Below are positions 11,596 through 23,318 of a DNA stretch of 64,000 nucleotides, one piece after another. A program made the position numbers and the translations under genes. The stretch is from Stegostoma tigrinum. Its lineage: Eukaryota. Location: the NCBI RefSeq assembly GCF_030684315.1, contig NC_081365.1, positions 61,186,481-61,250,480 on the forward strand, given 5' to 3'. The notes beneath the pieces are model-generated. The model was not told the origin of the DNA. It did not search any database and saw nothing but the letters and a program-made list of their open reading frames with translations. Position 1 is the first letter of the stretch. The number at the start of each line of letters is the position of its first letter.

Positions 11596-11964
11596 TTAGA
11601 AAGCATCTAAAGGCCTTAGATTGTCAGTTTCAGTATTAAAAACAATTCACCGAGGTTTATTCAATCAATAACAAATGGCAGGTTTATTATCAAACACAGA
11701 CTTACTCAAAGTTGCCAAGATTATTGATCAAGTTTGCATTATGCAAATACATATACATATATGTCTATATATACATACATCTACATTTACCCTTTGTAAG
11801 AAAACAAACACAGAAATACATACATGTCTGAGGAGAAAAACACTGCAGTATGCTAACTTTAAACCACTTGGTCAAGTAATAGTTATACTCATGAAAAAAA
11901 GATAAGTCATGGATTGTAATAAATACATTCTGGTTCTGAGGTCACTCTGCACACTCAAACTGCT

Positions 11965-12907
11965 TGTCTGTGATGAGGGTTATTGAGATTGCACTATTTG
12001 GGAGCTTGTATTCTAAACTGGAAGAACCATTTCTACATTTGATTTTTATTACTAAATTATATGTATTAAGAAGAGGACATAGAACATACCCAACAAAAAA
12101 TTAAAAACGGAAAGTGGTACTGGGTTTTCTGAAGTGTTTTGATGCATGTATTTTTATTTAATGAGAGTTTATAGCCATGGAATAGAGTTTGAGGTGAGCA
12201 GTTCAGTGTATTGAAAAAAGGGGGGTAGAAGCTGGTGAAAAAAATGGCTGTTGACTGCTTATCAGAGTCCAATGGCCAGAGAAAGATAGAACTGTTCAAA
12301 AGGCCTGGAAATATATGAAGAATCAGTCAGTGATACACTGCTGTTAGGTTAGCAGTCTCAAAACATGGGAACTGGGGAAAAAGTACTTAGAGTCATAGAG
12401 ATATACAGCATGGAAACAGACCCTTCAGTCTGACTCTTCCATACTAACAAGATATCCTAAATAAATCTAGTCCTATTTGCCAGCAAATGTCTTAAAAAAT
12501 TACTCCAGAGGCAAAAAGCTGCTAGCTGCTGAATGGAATGCCAACTTATTTACTCTGAAGGTGCATAAAGGTCAGTAATGACAAAGATGAAAAAACAAAT
12601 CATAGCGACGCCAACAGAGCACAAACTTTAAAGTGGAGACCAGATAACTCTTCACTGATGTTTGCAAATCTGTAAGATTGTTATTGAAGACGAAAGTGTT
12701 GAATCTTTATTTCTGATATTTGTACTAAGGTTGTTTCAACTAGTTATTGTTTAAGTATTTATGTTGTTTGAATAAATAAATTTATAGTCTCTTGGGAATC
12801 ACTGAACACCATGGTACGTGTATAGCAAGAATAAAACTTGTGATATCAAGACAGGTTTCACTCTGGGATTTCATTTGTCTGGTATTGCTATCAACTGGAT
12901 CACAACA
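11965..12907. mobile_element. Possible LTR of a Ty3/gypsy element
   Basis: Starts TGTCTGTGAT and ends ATCACAACA (imperfect terminal inverted repeat); AATAAA near the 3' end; gag-like remnant follows. No TSD found. Confidence 0.3.
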
Positions 12908-12939
12908 GTGGCTTTCTGGAATAACTGTAGTTGGCTGAA

Positions 12940-13260
12940 GTTATAAAAATGTGCAGAAGCTCTGAGCTTGTAAATCTACAGCTGCAGCACATACACAAGA
13001 GAACAGATTAATTGGTCCAGTGTAGAGAAACAAATCTGTGCACTATGTTAATAACAAACAGCCTATGCATTATGTTGAAATGCAAAATGAAACCTAGACA
13101 ACAGTGTGGAGAAAAGCAAAAATTACCTACAGAATGTCCAACAGAAAGATCAAGGACAAAGGACAAGTTGCAAATGTTGTGGCGATCATCATGCAAAAAG
13201 GAAAGCATGTTCAGAACAGGGAGCTAATCTAATTGCTCGACAACTGATGAGCTCGGAAAA
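12940..13260 (+). mobile_element. Decayed Ty3/gypsy gag remnant
   Basis: IKMCRSSEL motif and zinc-knuckle-like CKCCGDHHAKRKACSEQGA in ORF 13106..13348. Confidence 0.45.
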
Positions 13261-13710
13261 GGTCAAGCACGCCTATAGAAATGATTTTCACATAGATTTA
13301 GGACAATGGTTCCAACAAATATGTGTGGGTACTACAGGTGTCAGATGATTCATTAAAAGCATGTTGACAATACCAAGTCTAAATGAACAAAAATGTTTGT
13401 AGCTCTATAATGAAACAAGCAGAACAAATGCACTAAATGAATATGAAGTACCAGATAGACATTAATGTTTCCTACAATATTTTGAGCCTTGCAGACCTGT
13501 GTATAAAACATCAAATGGCAGTTCAAAAATGAAACCCTCAAAGGTGAAGTTGAGGTTCTGTATCTGTAATTACAACCTTACATGAAAGCCCAGTGTCATG
13601 ACAAGAATGAAGATCTTGGAATTCCAGATCTTAGAAATGATGCTAAAGTCACTCATCTCAGCAGAACTAGGTCAAAAGCTCAGACTACTAACCTTAAACA
13701 TGCTGCAAGA

Positions 13711-14586
13711 GTTAGAGACAACACAGTGTGGAGCTGGAGGAACACAGTGAGCCAGGCTGCATCAGAGGAGCAGGAAAATTGACGTTTCGGGTTGGGAGTC
13801 TTCTTCAAAATTGGGGAGGGGAGTTCAGAAATAGAGATGGGGTGGGGCTGGGGATGGTAGGTGGGATGGTGATAGGTGAGTGCATGTAGGGAGTGGTGGG
13901 GATTGGTCAGAGAGGTGGGGGGGGCGGATAGATGGGAGAGAAGATGGACAAATTGTGTCAGGTGAAGGAGGCGGGCATGAGAGGGAGGGTTGGACATGGG
14001 ATGAGGCAGGGAGTGGGGACATTTTAAAATTCCATGGCGAATTCCATGTTTAGGCCTTTGGGCTGTAGGCTCCCAAGGAGGAATATGATGGTTGCTCCTC
14101 CAGTTTGTGGGTGGTATCATTGTGACACTGGAGGGATCCCAGCATGGACATGTCACCCAGGGAGTGGGAACCTACAATCCGACCCCACAACCAAAGAGAT
14201 GGTTCCCTCCCTACCCCTTTTTGCCTTTTGTAGGGCCTGCTTACTTCACGACTCCCTTATTTGCTCCACACTCCCCATTAATCTCACCACACCCGGCACC
14301 TTTCCCTGCAACCGCAGGAAATACTACACCTGTCCCTTAACCTCCCCTCTCACTTTCATTCAAGGCCCTAAACAAACCACGTATATCAGACAGATCAGTT
14401 GTACATCTGTCAACTTGGTCTACTATATCCGTTACTCCTGATGTGGCCTCCTCTACTTCGGTGGGACCAAGCATGGACTCGGAGATCATTTTTTAGAGCA
14501 CTTGTGCTCCATTCGTGACAAATTACAACACCTTCCAGTCGCCAAGCATTTTAACTCCCCTGTCCACTCCCTGGGTGACATGTCCA
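13711..14586. mobile_element. Penelope-like element 3' part with GIY-YIG endonuclease remnant, internally inverted
   Basis: + strand 14171-14586 encodes PGTFPCNRRKYYTCP...CTSVNLVYYIRYS*CGLLYFGGTKHGLGDHFLEHL...VAKHFNSPVHSLGDMS. The minus strand from 14170 continues HSLGDMSMLGSLQCHND...EEQ...LGSLQPKGLNMEF and then into the pLTR. Confidence 0.85.
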
Positions 14587-15699
14587 GAGGTTCCTTCCCA
14601 CTTATCACAACTTTAAAAGATATAATCCTCAATCAACACCCTTAATTCAATGTTAATGAAGTTTTTAAGCCTAATTGCCTGCAATACTTCTCGGGGAAAG
14701 CTGTTTTCCTCAGCCCTGAATCCACATTGACGAAAATAAATGATTTTGGGAATGGGACTGGGAAGTTGGCACAGCAGTTGGAATTGTAATTTTCGTGCTA
14801 TGCCTGTCATTGTTCTTGATGTTGGGGAAGTCTACACTTTTATGCTATTGTGTCAATGAAGCACTCATTTCCAAAATGAATCTCTGCTGACAGACTGCAA
14901 CGGCTTAACCAAGTTAGTTGACTACTGTTCTAACCCATTTACCAGACACTCTTCAGAAGTATCCTGGTCACAACAATGTCACACTTTATTTGGTATTGTG
15001 TGAGACATGCGGTAAGGCCAGAAACAGCTGGTCAGAACGCACAACAAAATAGTAGCTAAGGTGGTACTAATATAAGACGAAATTATTTGTGCTACTGTTA
15101 TCAAGTGGCACTTACTCGGCAATAAGTTGCCCACTGGTGCTCATGACCACTCAGTTCCTGAGTTGATTTCACATACCTGGTGATGGTCAAGATTCAATGC
15201 GAGTCTCTAGACAGACAGTCACAGATATTTGTGCCCCATTCACCAAACAGCTCATGATGCCCTACCCTAAAAGTAACAGTCAAATTCACTGTGACATTGA
15301 CTTCTAATATTTAAATTCTATTTTTGTTTCAATACTACCTACTTATTCTCATTCTGATATTCACACGTTCATAGGGGCTGACTACACTTCCCAGCTATAG
15401 GGATATTCTCACTGCCCGTGATATTCCCATTCTTAGAAGTTCCAGAGTCAATATCTGCCAGTGGTATTTCCAGCCCCGTTGTGGATCTCTGACTTGCTAA
15501 CCGAAGTCCCTGTGTTATTCGTCCAGTGTGTACTCAAATCCCAGAGCTCGCGTCTTTCGCAGTGCCAGGAGGAGACATTCCACGTGGGCCAGACCTAGTT
15601 ATTTCCCGATCAGATAGCAATACACGCCTCTGGAGTAGGTGGGACTTGAATCCGCGCCTCCTGGGTCAGAGGCAGGGACGTTACCACCGTGCCACATGC

Positions 15700-15850
15700 G
15701 GCGAGTTGTATTTCCACTCCGTGGTTGACTCCTCCCCCTGGATAGCATCGGCCAATCCTGATCCGAAGGAGGCCGGGTTGGAACGCTATGGTCATGGCAA
15801 CAGGGTCAGCTGACCCTGTGTTGGGCAACTGGTTTCCCCGGTAACCGCAG
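15700..15850 (+). promoter_or_regulatory. Putative TEX55 promoter / non-coding exon 1 with RFX X-box motifs
   Basis: Locally CpG-rich; GTTTCCCCGGTAAC at 15832-15845; CATGGCAAC at 15793-15801; donor CAG|GTAACT after 15850. Confidence 0.55.
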
Positions 15851-16020
15851 GTAACTTGAAGAAGTGACAGCGGATACAAGCGATGGGAGGGTGGGGAGGG
15901 AAGGGCGGGGAGGGGAGGGCTAAACCTGCGGGTGTCCCATTTGGAAGTAACTCACTTTATTTTTTTTCCCTTTGACCTTGTGGTTGTGGACGAGAGTGTC
16001 GGAAGTTGGTCACTGCAGCA

Positions 16021-16029
16021 ATGAGTGAG
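16021..16029 (+). CDS. TEX55: TEX55-like predicted coding exon 1 (M-S-E)
   Basis: ATG AGT GAG|GTAATC with an upstream polypyrimidine tract and AG at 15993-15994; phase 0 matches the acceptor at 20680. Confidence 0.5.
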
Positions 16030-16990
16030 GTAATCTCGGGATGCTGCCGTCTCTTTCCGGAGCTGTTTAAAAATAAGACTAGGCACTTGCTTCAAGCAGC
16101 GCTGAGCTTGTTCGCAGCAGCTGGACCTACGTTGTCATTTGTCCAGCAATCTCCAGCGTCAATCAGTTGAAATGAGGCCTTGCATTTTTAAAAAATCCAG
16201 TCTCGGTGAGAAAACAGCAGTGAGCTGCTCGAAGAATGTGCTAGGGCGGGGGGAGTGTGACACCTACTATTAAAGTTTCATTATTTGCTTGCAGGCGGAC
16301 TGAAGATCCCAAGTTTACAGATCGGATGCGGATCCGTTGCTAAGGGATTAGTGTTGAAAAATTTACATATTATCTGCCGGACAAACCGGTTCAGCGGTGT
16401 TTATGTACCATTCCTCCCTTCAAATTCTCATCCAACTTTGATCAGTTTGTCATAGAATACCACCAGCACTGAAAAAGGCGTTTCAGTCCGTTTTGTGTTT
16501 GTAGCACTCTGAAAGAGCAATTCACTAAACGCCTGAGCCCAGCCTTCTCTTCACAGTGTCGCACATTCTTCCTCAAGATTATAATCCAATTCCTTCTTGA
16601 CTTTATCTACCTCTGTCACATTCTTTGTCTGTCATCTGCTGGGTGAACGATATTTTTCATGGTGTCACCATTGTATCTTTTGCCTACAATTTAAATCTGT
16701 GCCCTTCGATTCCCCAATGGAATTTTTCTTATTATTTGTTCCTCATTTTATTTTTCAGTTAATTTACACTGACATTCAATAACTGCTTGTTTCCCACTCC
16801 CTTGCGATATCCTTAATCATTTTATTAGACCGATTCTTGCTCGTCTCTCTATTTCAATGCTACTGTTATTTCTGCCAGAGTCTTTTCATCTGTATGTTTG
16901 AAGTCTTACCTACAGCCCGACTTTTTTCATTTCTGTTAGATCTTTGGTTCACTCCCACTTCAAGTGTAGCACACCCAAGTATTATAGTTT

Positions 16991-17090
16991 CTGAGATAAC
17001 AAGGTGTAGAGCTGGATGAACACAGCACACCAAGCAGCATCAGAGGAACAGGAAAGCTGACATTTCGGGCCTAGACCCTTCTTCAGAGAG
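16991..17090 (-). mobile_element. Penelope pLTR-derived insertion with hammerhead core on the minus strand
   Basis: Reverse complement reads CTCTCTGAAGAAGGGTCTAGGCCCGAAATGTCAGCTTTCC... Confidence 0.75.
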
Positions 17091-18499
17091 GAGATATCAG
17101 CTCAGATAATCCAAAGCTAAGTTTTAAGGAATGTCTAAAAGCAGAAAATGGAGGTGGAGAGGTGGAATGGGAATTCCTGAGCTTAGAGCCAAATCAACTG
17201 AATGCAATAAATACTCATGGTGGAGTGTTTAAAACTGGGGTGCTCCAGAGGTCAGATTTAAATGAGAACTGATAGCTCAGAATGTTGTGGGACTGGAGCA
17301 GATTACAGAATTAAGGGAGAGGTGGTATTATGGATGGATTCAAAACCAAAGGTGAGCACTTTAAAATAAAGACTTGACTGGAAGATAATATAGGTTGAAA
17401 ACATAGGTTTGATAGATGAACAGGACTTAGTGTGAATGAAAAACAGATAGCAGTGTTTCAGATTACCTTAAATTTACATAAGGTAGCATGTGAGAGATTG
17501 TCAGGAGTGTATTGAAATAGTTCAATCTAGAAGTAGCCGACAAAAAAAAGGTTTCAACAGTAGTTGAACTGAGATAGGTAATATCAGGCACTGTTACAGA
17601 GGTGAATATAGGTGGAATTACAGATGGTTTGAATATGTGATTAGACAGCTTATTAACTTCAGGCTTGTGTTCCTCCATCCCAAAACTTTAACTTTTGTTT
17701 TCTTTCAAATGATGTCTGATTGGTGATTATCTGATTTCCACCATTCCCTGTGAATTCTCTCCATAAAATACAGATCTGCACCAAAACAACTCTAAGGTAT
17801 ATGATTTACACTGCAAAATTATATGCTTTAATCCCTGCTAGAACTAAAGATTTGTGTCCATAATCGTGAAACCTGTTTCCAACTTAAGGAAATAGTCTGA
17901 ATCAAATATATTTGAACGTTTTGTCCATGACTGTAAGATGATCTGTTAGTAAAGGCATGCACATTTGTCTTGTGATTGTGAAATAAAAGTCATAAAATCA
18001 AGGTCAGAATTTTCTCACATCCTACGTTGTACATGAAGTAACTATGATTTTGATGTAAGATAATAGGCAATAGATTTACAGATGGCATCGAAATAAGTCT
18101 TCACCTTGAAGGAAATTACAGAATTTACAGCATACAAACAGGCAACTTGGTCCAGCTGGTCTTTGTCAACATTTATGTTCCACACAAGCTCAAGAAAAGA
18201 TGAAAGGAATATACCGTGAAACTCTGAAGTTAAAGTGGGGAATACTCAGGTGGTCAGGTAGCATTTGTGAAGGGAGAAACTTAATTAGTATTACAGGTCA
18301 ATGCTATTTCAAGTGTTTCCAACTTACAGCAAGCTTTTATTTCATCAGAAAAGGAAATGTCTTCCTTTAAACCTTCAACAGTTTTTTTCAGCTCGGTTGA
18401 AGTGATAACAATCTGGGTCTGGGGATTGTGTGCTGGAGCTGACCATATTCTGTAGTATCTCTGAAGTGCTACTTTGTTCAAAGTAATATTCTCTTGCAT

Positions 18500-18815
18500 C
18501 TATGCAGTGTCTTTCATTATCTCGAGATTGGCCCAAAATGCTTCATATTGTAAGTGAGTTTCTTCTGTGTGAGGAAAAACACTTTGTGCACAAAATGTTA
18601 TATGACAAATGAGTGGACAATTAATCTGTTTTTCATGGGGTCAGTTGAGAGGTAAATGCAAACTGGGCATTGGAGAACTACCCCACTTTCTTTAAAAGGT
18701 GCCATGGAATGTTTTAGATACACCTAAAAATGTAGAAAGATCTTACTCTAACATCTTTGAATGTCATTACCTCCAAACACACTGAGGAACCTCAGTGCTG
18801 ATCAAAGTGACAGCC
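18500..18815 (-). mobile_element. Decayed Deu-domain/SacSINE-like SINE
   Basis: Similar in layout to 33620-33845 plus 35788-35952 (GTTGAGAGGTAAAT...GGAGAACT.CCC...GTGCCATGG.AT.TTTTA.AT.CACCT); family name recalled from memory. Confidence 0.4.
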
Positions 18816-20679
18816 TTTTTTAACCTGTGGTGTGAATTTTTCCCCTTCTTCCTCAAACTAATTTAAATTTTCCTGTGTTATTCTATTTGTCTTTTTTGGA
18901 AAGAGGCAACTACCACTTCAGTTTAGGTGAAGGTCATGCCATCTGCACAGTCTTTCCTGAACCTAAAAATGGCTGCAGTAATTTGAAATATTTCCTCCCT
19001 TTTCATACAATCCTTCCAAACACTTATCACAACCTAATATTTTTCCATTTGGTCCATCACCAAGGATAATCTAGAAATTACTACCCTGGAGATCCTCTCT
19101 AGGATATAGAAATTTATTTATTGAAATCCTGTTACAGAATTTTAAACCAATTCTGTCCAGTCTCGGTCTATTTGGGAGTATTTGCTCATCAATGTTGCAA
19201 ACCCTGGCACGTGAGAATCAAGGATTCATGATCATATTTAAAAATAATTAAAATTCCAACAACATCCCCACACCCCCCATTGTAGAATCTGCCAGAATCG
19301 ACTCTTATCTATGCTTATCAGCTGTATTATTTCTCCTGTTGGTAATTTATTGCTCTTCATTGTGTTGTAATCCATCATGAATAACTTTCCTGATGTAACC
19401 CTTTTTGTCTATGTCATTGGAATCTAAAAAAGGTGACGTTTGCCTTAGATCCTAAGATTTCAGGTTGCATTTTGCTTTACTCAACCATCCATGTGTATTC
19501 ACCAAGATGCACACGCCTTGACATCGGATTTAACCTGCCATGTGCTCATTTGCCTATTCTACCATTTCTTCAATGTCCCATTGTAGCTTTTTTGGTCTTC
19601 AGAATTTTTTTACAATATTTCCTATTTTATGTGCTTTGTTAATTTATATGCTAAAACTCCCTTGCTGTATATCTAAACTATGGGAGCACACAGCTGTCCT
19701 ACAATATACCTGTGGCACATCATTCTCCACTTTCAAATGTTCTTGACTAACACTTTGTTTATTACTTCTAAACTAACTAGCTTTTACTCCAATCTGCTTA
19801 ACTTGCTCTAATTCTTCAATTTTGAATCTTCTCCACTAGTATGAATGTATAATGAGAAACACAGCAGCATTGTGGTTGTGTTGTACTCAGCGACTGGGAT
19901 ATTGAAGCAAACATTCTGATGTCTTGTCAGATGATTGTTATAATATAAACTTCCGAAGAATCTTATGATCATTGTAGTCTGTTGCTTCTTGCACAATCTC
20001 ATTACCAAGGAGACATTGTCACATACATTGATACGAGATCCAAAAGAAATGTGCAATGACATGGAAAACTCAGAACGCAGATTATCACTGAAAGTGTCTT
20101 CATATAATTACTTTGATAAAAATGTACATTATTCCATCATTGTCCTGAGTTTTACTTCCCCTAGTACTCCTTTCCATTTCAGGTAGCTGCATTCTGAATG
20201 CACTGTTGGAATACTGTAGTAAAAGTTCAGTTATAGGTGATTTTTTTTAAATACTTCAAACTGAACTGATACCTATAACAACCTAATCACAAAGGAGAAA
20301 ATATTCTGCAACTGGGAGGTTTCTGTGAAGAGAGCAAAGACTGATAAGATTTAAAATGTTAACTTTGTTTCTTTCCACAAATACTGACCTCCCTGGTGAG
20401 TATTTACAGTTCTTTCTGTTTTTATTTCTGATTTCCAATATCCACAGTTTTTTGCTTTTGTAGTTTCATGCCATGTTTGCTTCTTGTGTTCCATCAGCAG
20501 TTATTGGCACTTACCATGAGCAGAATGCACCACGTACAATCAACAATGAATACAATCAATGTTCATTTACATAAAGGCAATTCACAAAATCGGTTCAATA
20601 TATTGTTAGTTTCTTGCATCAAAGTAATGCAAATATATATTTAACAATAAACTCTTACACTTTTCTTTCAATCGAAAAG

Positions 20680-21360
20680 AGTGATGATGGCAATCCTGTA
20701 GAAAAAGAAAAAGAAGAATCTGTAGATGAACCAGCGGTGCAAGCTGCAGACTCGCCAGAGGCGGAAGCTGCAGCTGAACAAGAATCGGAGACTACAGCCA
20801 AAGTGGAAAGCCCAGATACTACAGAAAATGAGACAGCAGATGAGCCAGATGTGGAAATTACAGCTGAACCAGATACAGATGCAGCTGAACCAGATGCAGA
20901 GGTTACAGCTGAACCAGATGAGGATGCTACAGCTGAACCAGATGCAGAGGCTACAGCTGAATCAGAAAGAGAGGAGACAGGTGAACCAGAGACGGAGGCA
21001 ATTATTGAACCAGAAACGGAAGCGACTGCTGAATCAGATTCAGAGAAAGCAGCAGAACCAGAATCCGAACCCAAAAGTGAGCCAGATGTGCAATATGCAG
21101 CCGAGGCAGAATCAGAGCTGTTAGCCAAACCTGAAATTGAACCAACAGTTGAAGATGAACCTTCAGAGTCTGCTGCAATTGATTCTGCAGTTCCACTTCC
21201 GACTGACACTGGAAATCAACTTTCAGCTACACCCTCAGATACAACTAAGATGGCCCAGGAGACTTCACTTTCAGAAGACAAATTTTCAACCTGTTTTGAA
21301 GATCCGTATATTCGATCTGTACTGTATATGGAGAAGCACAACATTCTACAGATATTTCAG
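20680..21360 (+). CDS. TEX55: TEX55-like coding exon 2 (acidic repeat region plus start of the DD motif)
   Basis: 681-nt open frame SDDGNPVEKE...DPYIRSVLYMEKHNILQIFQ; donor CAG|GTTAGT. YMEKHNILQIFQ matches the TEX55 C-terminal motif as I recall it. The acceptor position is less certain. Confidence 0.85.
20833..21150 (+). repeat. Degenerate 24-bp (8-aa) coding tandem repeat
   Basis: ACAGCTGAACCAGATGCAGAGG-like units: TAEPDAEV/TAEPDEDA/TAEPDAEA/TAESEREE/TGEPETEA... Confidence 0.85.
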
Positions 21361-22652
21361 GTTAGTGTGCTTTTCAAAGTTTATGGCCTACTATTGGTCT
21401 GCCTCATGACCTGACGTTAAAATTTACTGCTGGAAACCATTTCCCTTTCATGATATATGCTTAATTTGCCTAGCCCTTCTAAGAAGTAATGCGTTTCGAT
21501 TCAAAATGGTCAGTTGACTCAGTACGCTGAATGGCTAGTTTGTGATGGCAGTAGTCTTGGTAGAGTTCCTGTGCCAACTGAGATTACTGAGATTACTCCA
21601 TTTGCCTGAGGAGGGGTAACTCTTAGGTTAAACCACCACCAGCTGTTACTCTCTCCCTCATGAGAAGGCTCATTATGTGACTGTGAAGACTTTACTGCAG
21701 TTGTCCATTGTTATCCTCTGTCCTGACCAATTGTTCAGACTTCTTATATGATAATAAAATGTCAAAGGTAAGTAACTGTCCAGGGAAATGAAATCTTCTT
21801 ATACCGTACCATCATAACAATCTGACTTTGATCAATCTGAATAACTCTTTTATGTAATCTTGAAAGATGGAAATTCTGTGGAATCAATTTGTGAACATAA
21901 ATGATGGCATGGTAACAATTTTGAATTTGTTCAAAGGTGTATTTGAATAACTTACATTAGATCATATAATGGCTACGGTGCTGAATACCCCTAAATTGTT
22001 CCACTATGGTAGGATGACCCAGCCTGTTTAAAAGCCAATCATGAATGGCTCTTGAAAAATTTTATCAACAATTTATTACATTGAATTACTTGTGTAAATA
22101 GCACGAATAATAGCTATTTCACTCAGTTCAGAGTAATTGAGTGGAAGATGCAGGGGAGGAGAATATATTAACTGAGTTTAGCATGTGTACAGTATTGAAT
22201 TATGGTACTTAATATCATGAATATTGATTAGATTTCAAGAGAACTTGGATTTGTAAGTGATGATCTTCAAGGATTTCAGAAGATTTTCACATGGTCAAAT
22301 TAGAATAGCACATTGTAGTATGGAGGCAGTGGTCTATAAGAACAAATACAGTAACTCTAGTTATTAAAAATTCTGGGAAAATATATACCTTCATTTAAAC
22401 CAAAAGTAAAATATCACAGCAAGCGAGAAAATGAGCCAGTAAAGGAAAAACTAATTTAATGAAGAGATGAGATCCCGATGAATTTCACTGTATGATTTAT
22501 GTACATATTCAGCATCTACAGAAGAAATAATAACTTTGTAAAAATCCAAGTAAGATCATGCAATTGCAGTAATGATTCGCAAGTCATTGAATTTCATGTT
22601 TTAATGTCATAAACAAATTCAATAGGTTTTAAGATTACGCTTTATTTTACAG

Positions 22653-22715
22653 AGAATGACTGAAAATCTGGTATATGAAAGACCAGATGATCCTCTTGAG
22701 TTTATGTTACATCAG
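22653..22715 (+). CDS. TEX55: TEX55-like coding exon 3
   Basis: TTTTACAG|AGA...CAG|GTATGA; RMTENLVYERPDDPLEFMLHQ, a DPY30/RIIa-like L-x-x-x-RP-x-DP-x-x-F motif; phase 0/0. Confidence 0.9.
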
Positions 22716-23186
22716 GTATGAGAATCACTGCAAAGAAGTTGCAAATCTATCTTATCAATTAAATCACTGTCACCCGAGTTTGTCCTGATGCCTCCCTGGG
22801 TAAAAATACTGTGACTATACAATATTAAGGTAAACTGACTAGATCAGATTCTTGATCAGTACTGAGTTACTAGACCTCAAAAGGACAGTGTTAAGGTGAT
22901 ACAATTGATGCAATATTCTCTGGCTTAGAAGGAAGGATTTACGAGGTTTTCCCCTTGCTAATTACTATACTAGATATGCATAACCACATAGGATAAAGGA
23001 AGTAACATAGAAACATTAGAATAAAGGAGTAGGAGTGTGCCAGTTAGCCTTTTGAGTCTTCTCCACCATTCAATATTATCATGGCTGAACATCCAACTCG
23101 GTTCCTTGTTCCTCTTTCTCACCAAACCCTTTGATCTTTTTAGCCCTAAAACTATATATAAATCCATCTTGAAAACAATTAATATT

Positions 23187-23318
23187 CTCTCTGATGAAGG
23201 GTCTAGGCCCAAAACGTCAGCTTTTGTGCTCCTGAGATGCTGCTTGGCCTGCTGTGTTCATCCAGCCTCACATTTTATTATCTTGGAATTCTCCAGCATC
23301 TGCAGTTCCCATTATCTC
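23187..23318 (+). mobile_element. Penelope pLTR-derived insertion inside CR1
   Basis: TAATATT TSD (23180-23186 / 23319-23325); CTGATGAAGGGTCTAGGCCCAAAACGTCAG with GAAA changed to AAAA. Confidence 0.8.

Noticed and set aside
20614-20679. ORF-track N-terminus MHQSNANIY... and C-terminal extension 21361-21414
   Set aside because: Starts at an intronic TTG before the polypyrimidine tract; the extension reads through a consensus donor.
20655-21209. 184-aa Ser/Ala-rich minus-strand ORF and Gln-rich alternative-frame ORF 20726..21124
   Set aside because: Shadows of the 24-bp coding repeat in TEX55; no independent splice or homology support.
21510-21695. Ancient SINE-like segments (also ~22770-22960, 42245-42430, 56240-56510)
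   Set aside because: Probably old SINEs, but too decayed to name or delimit confidently without a library search.
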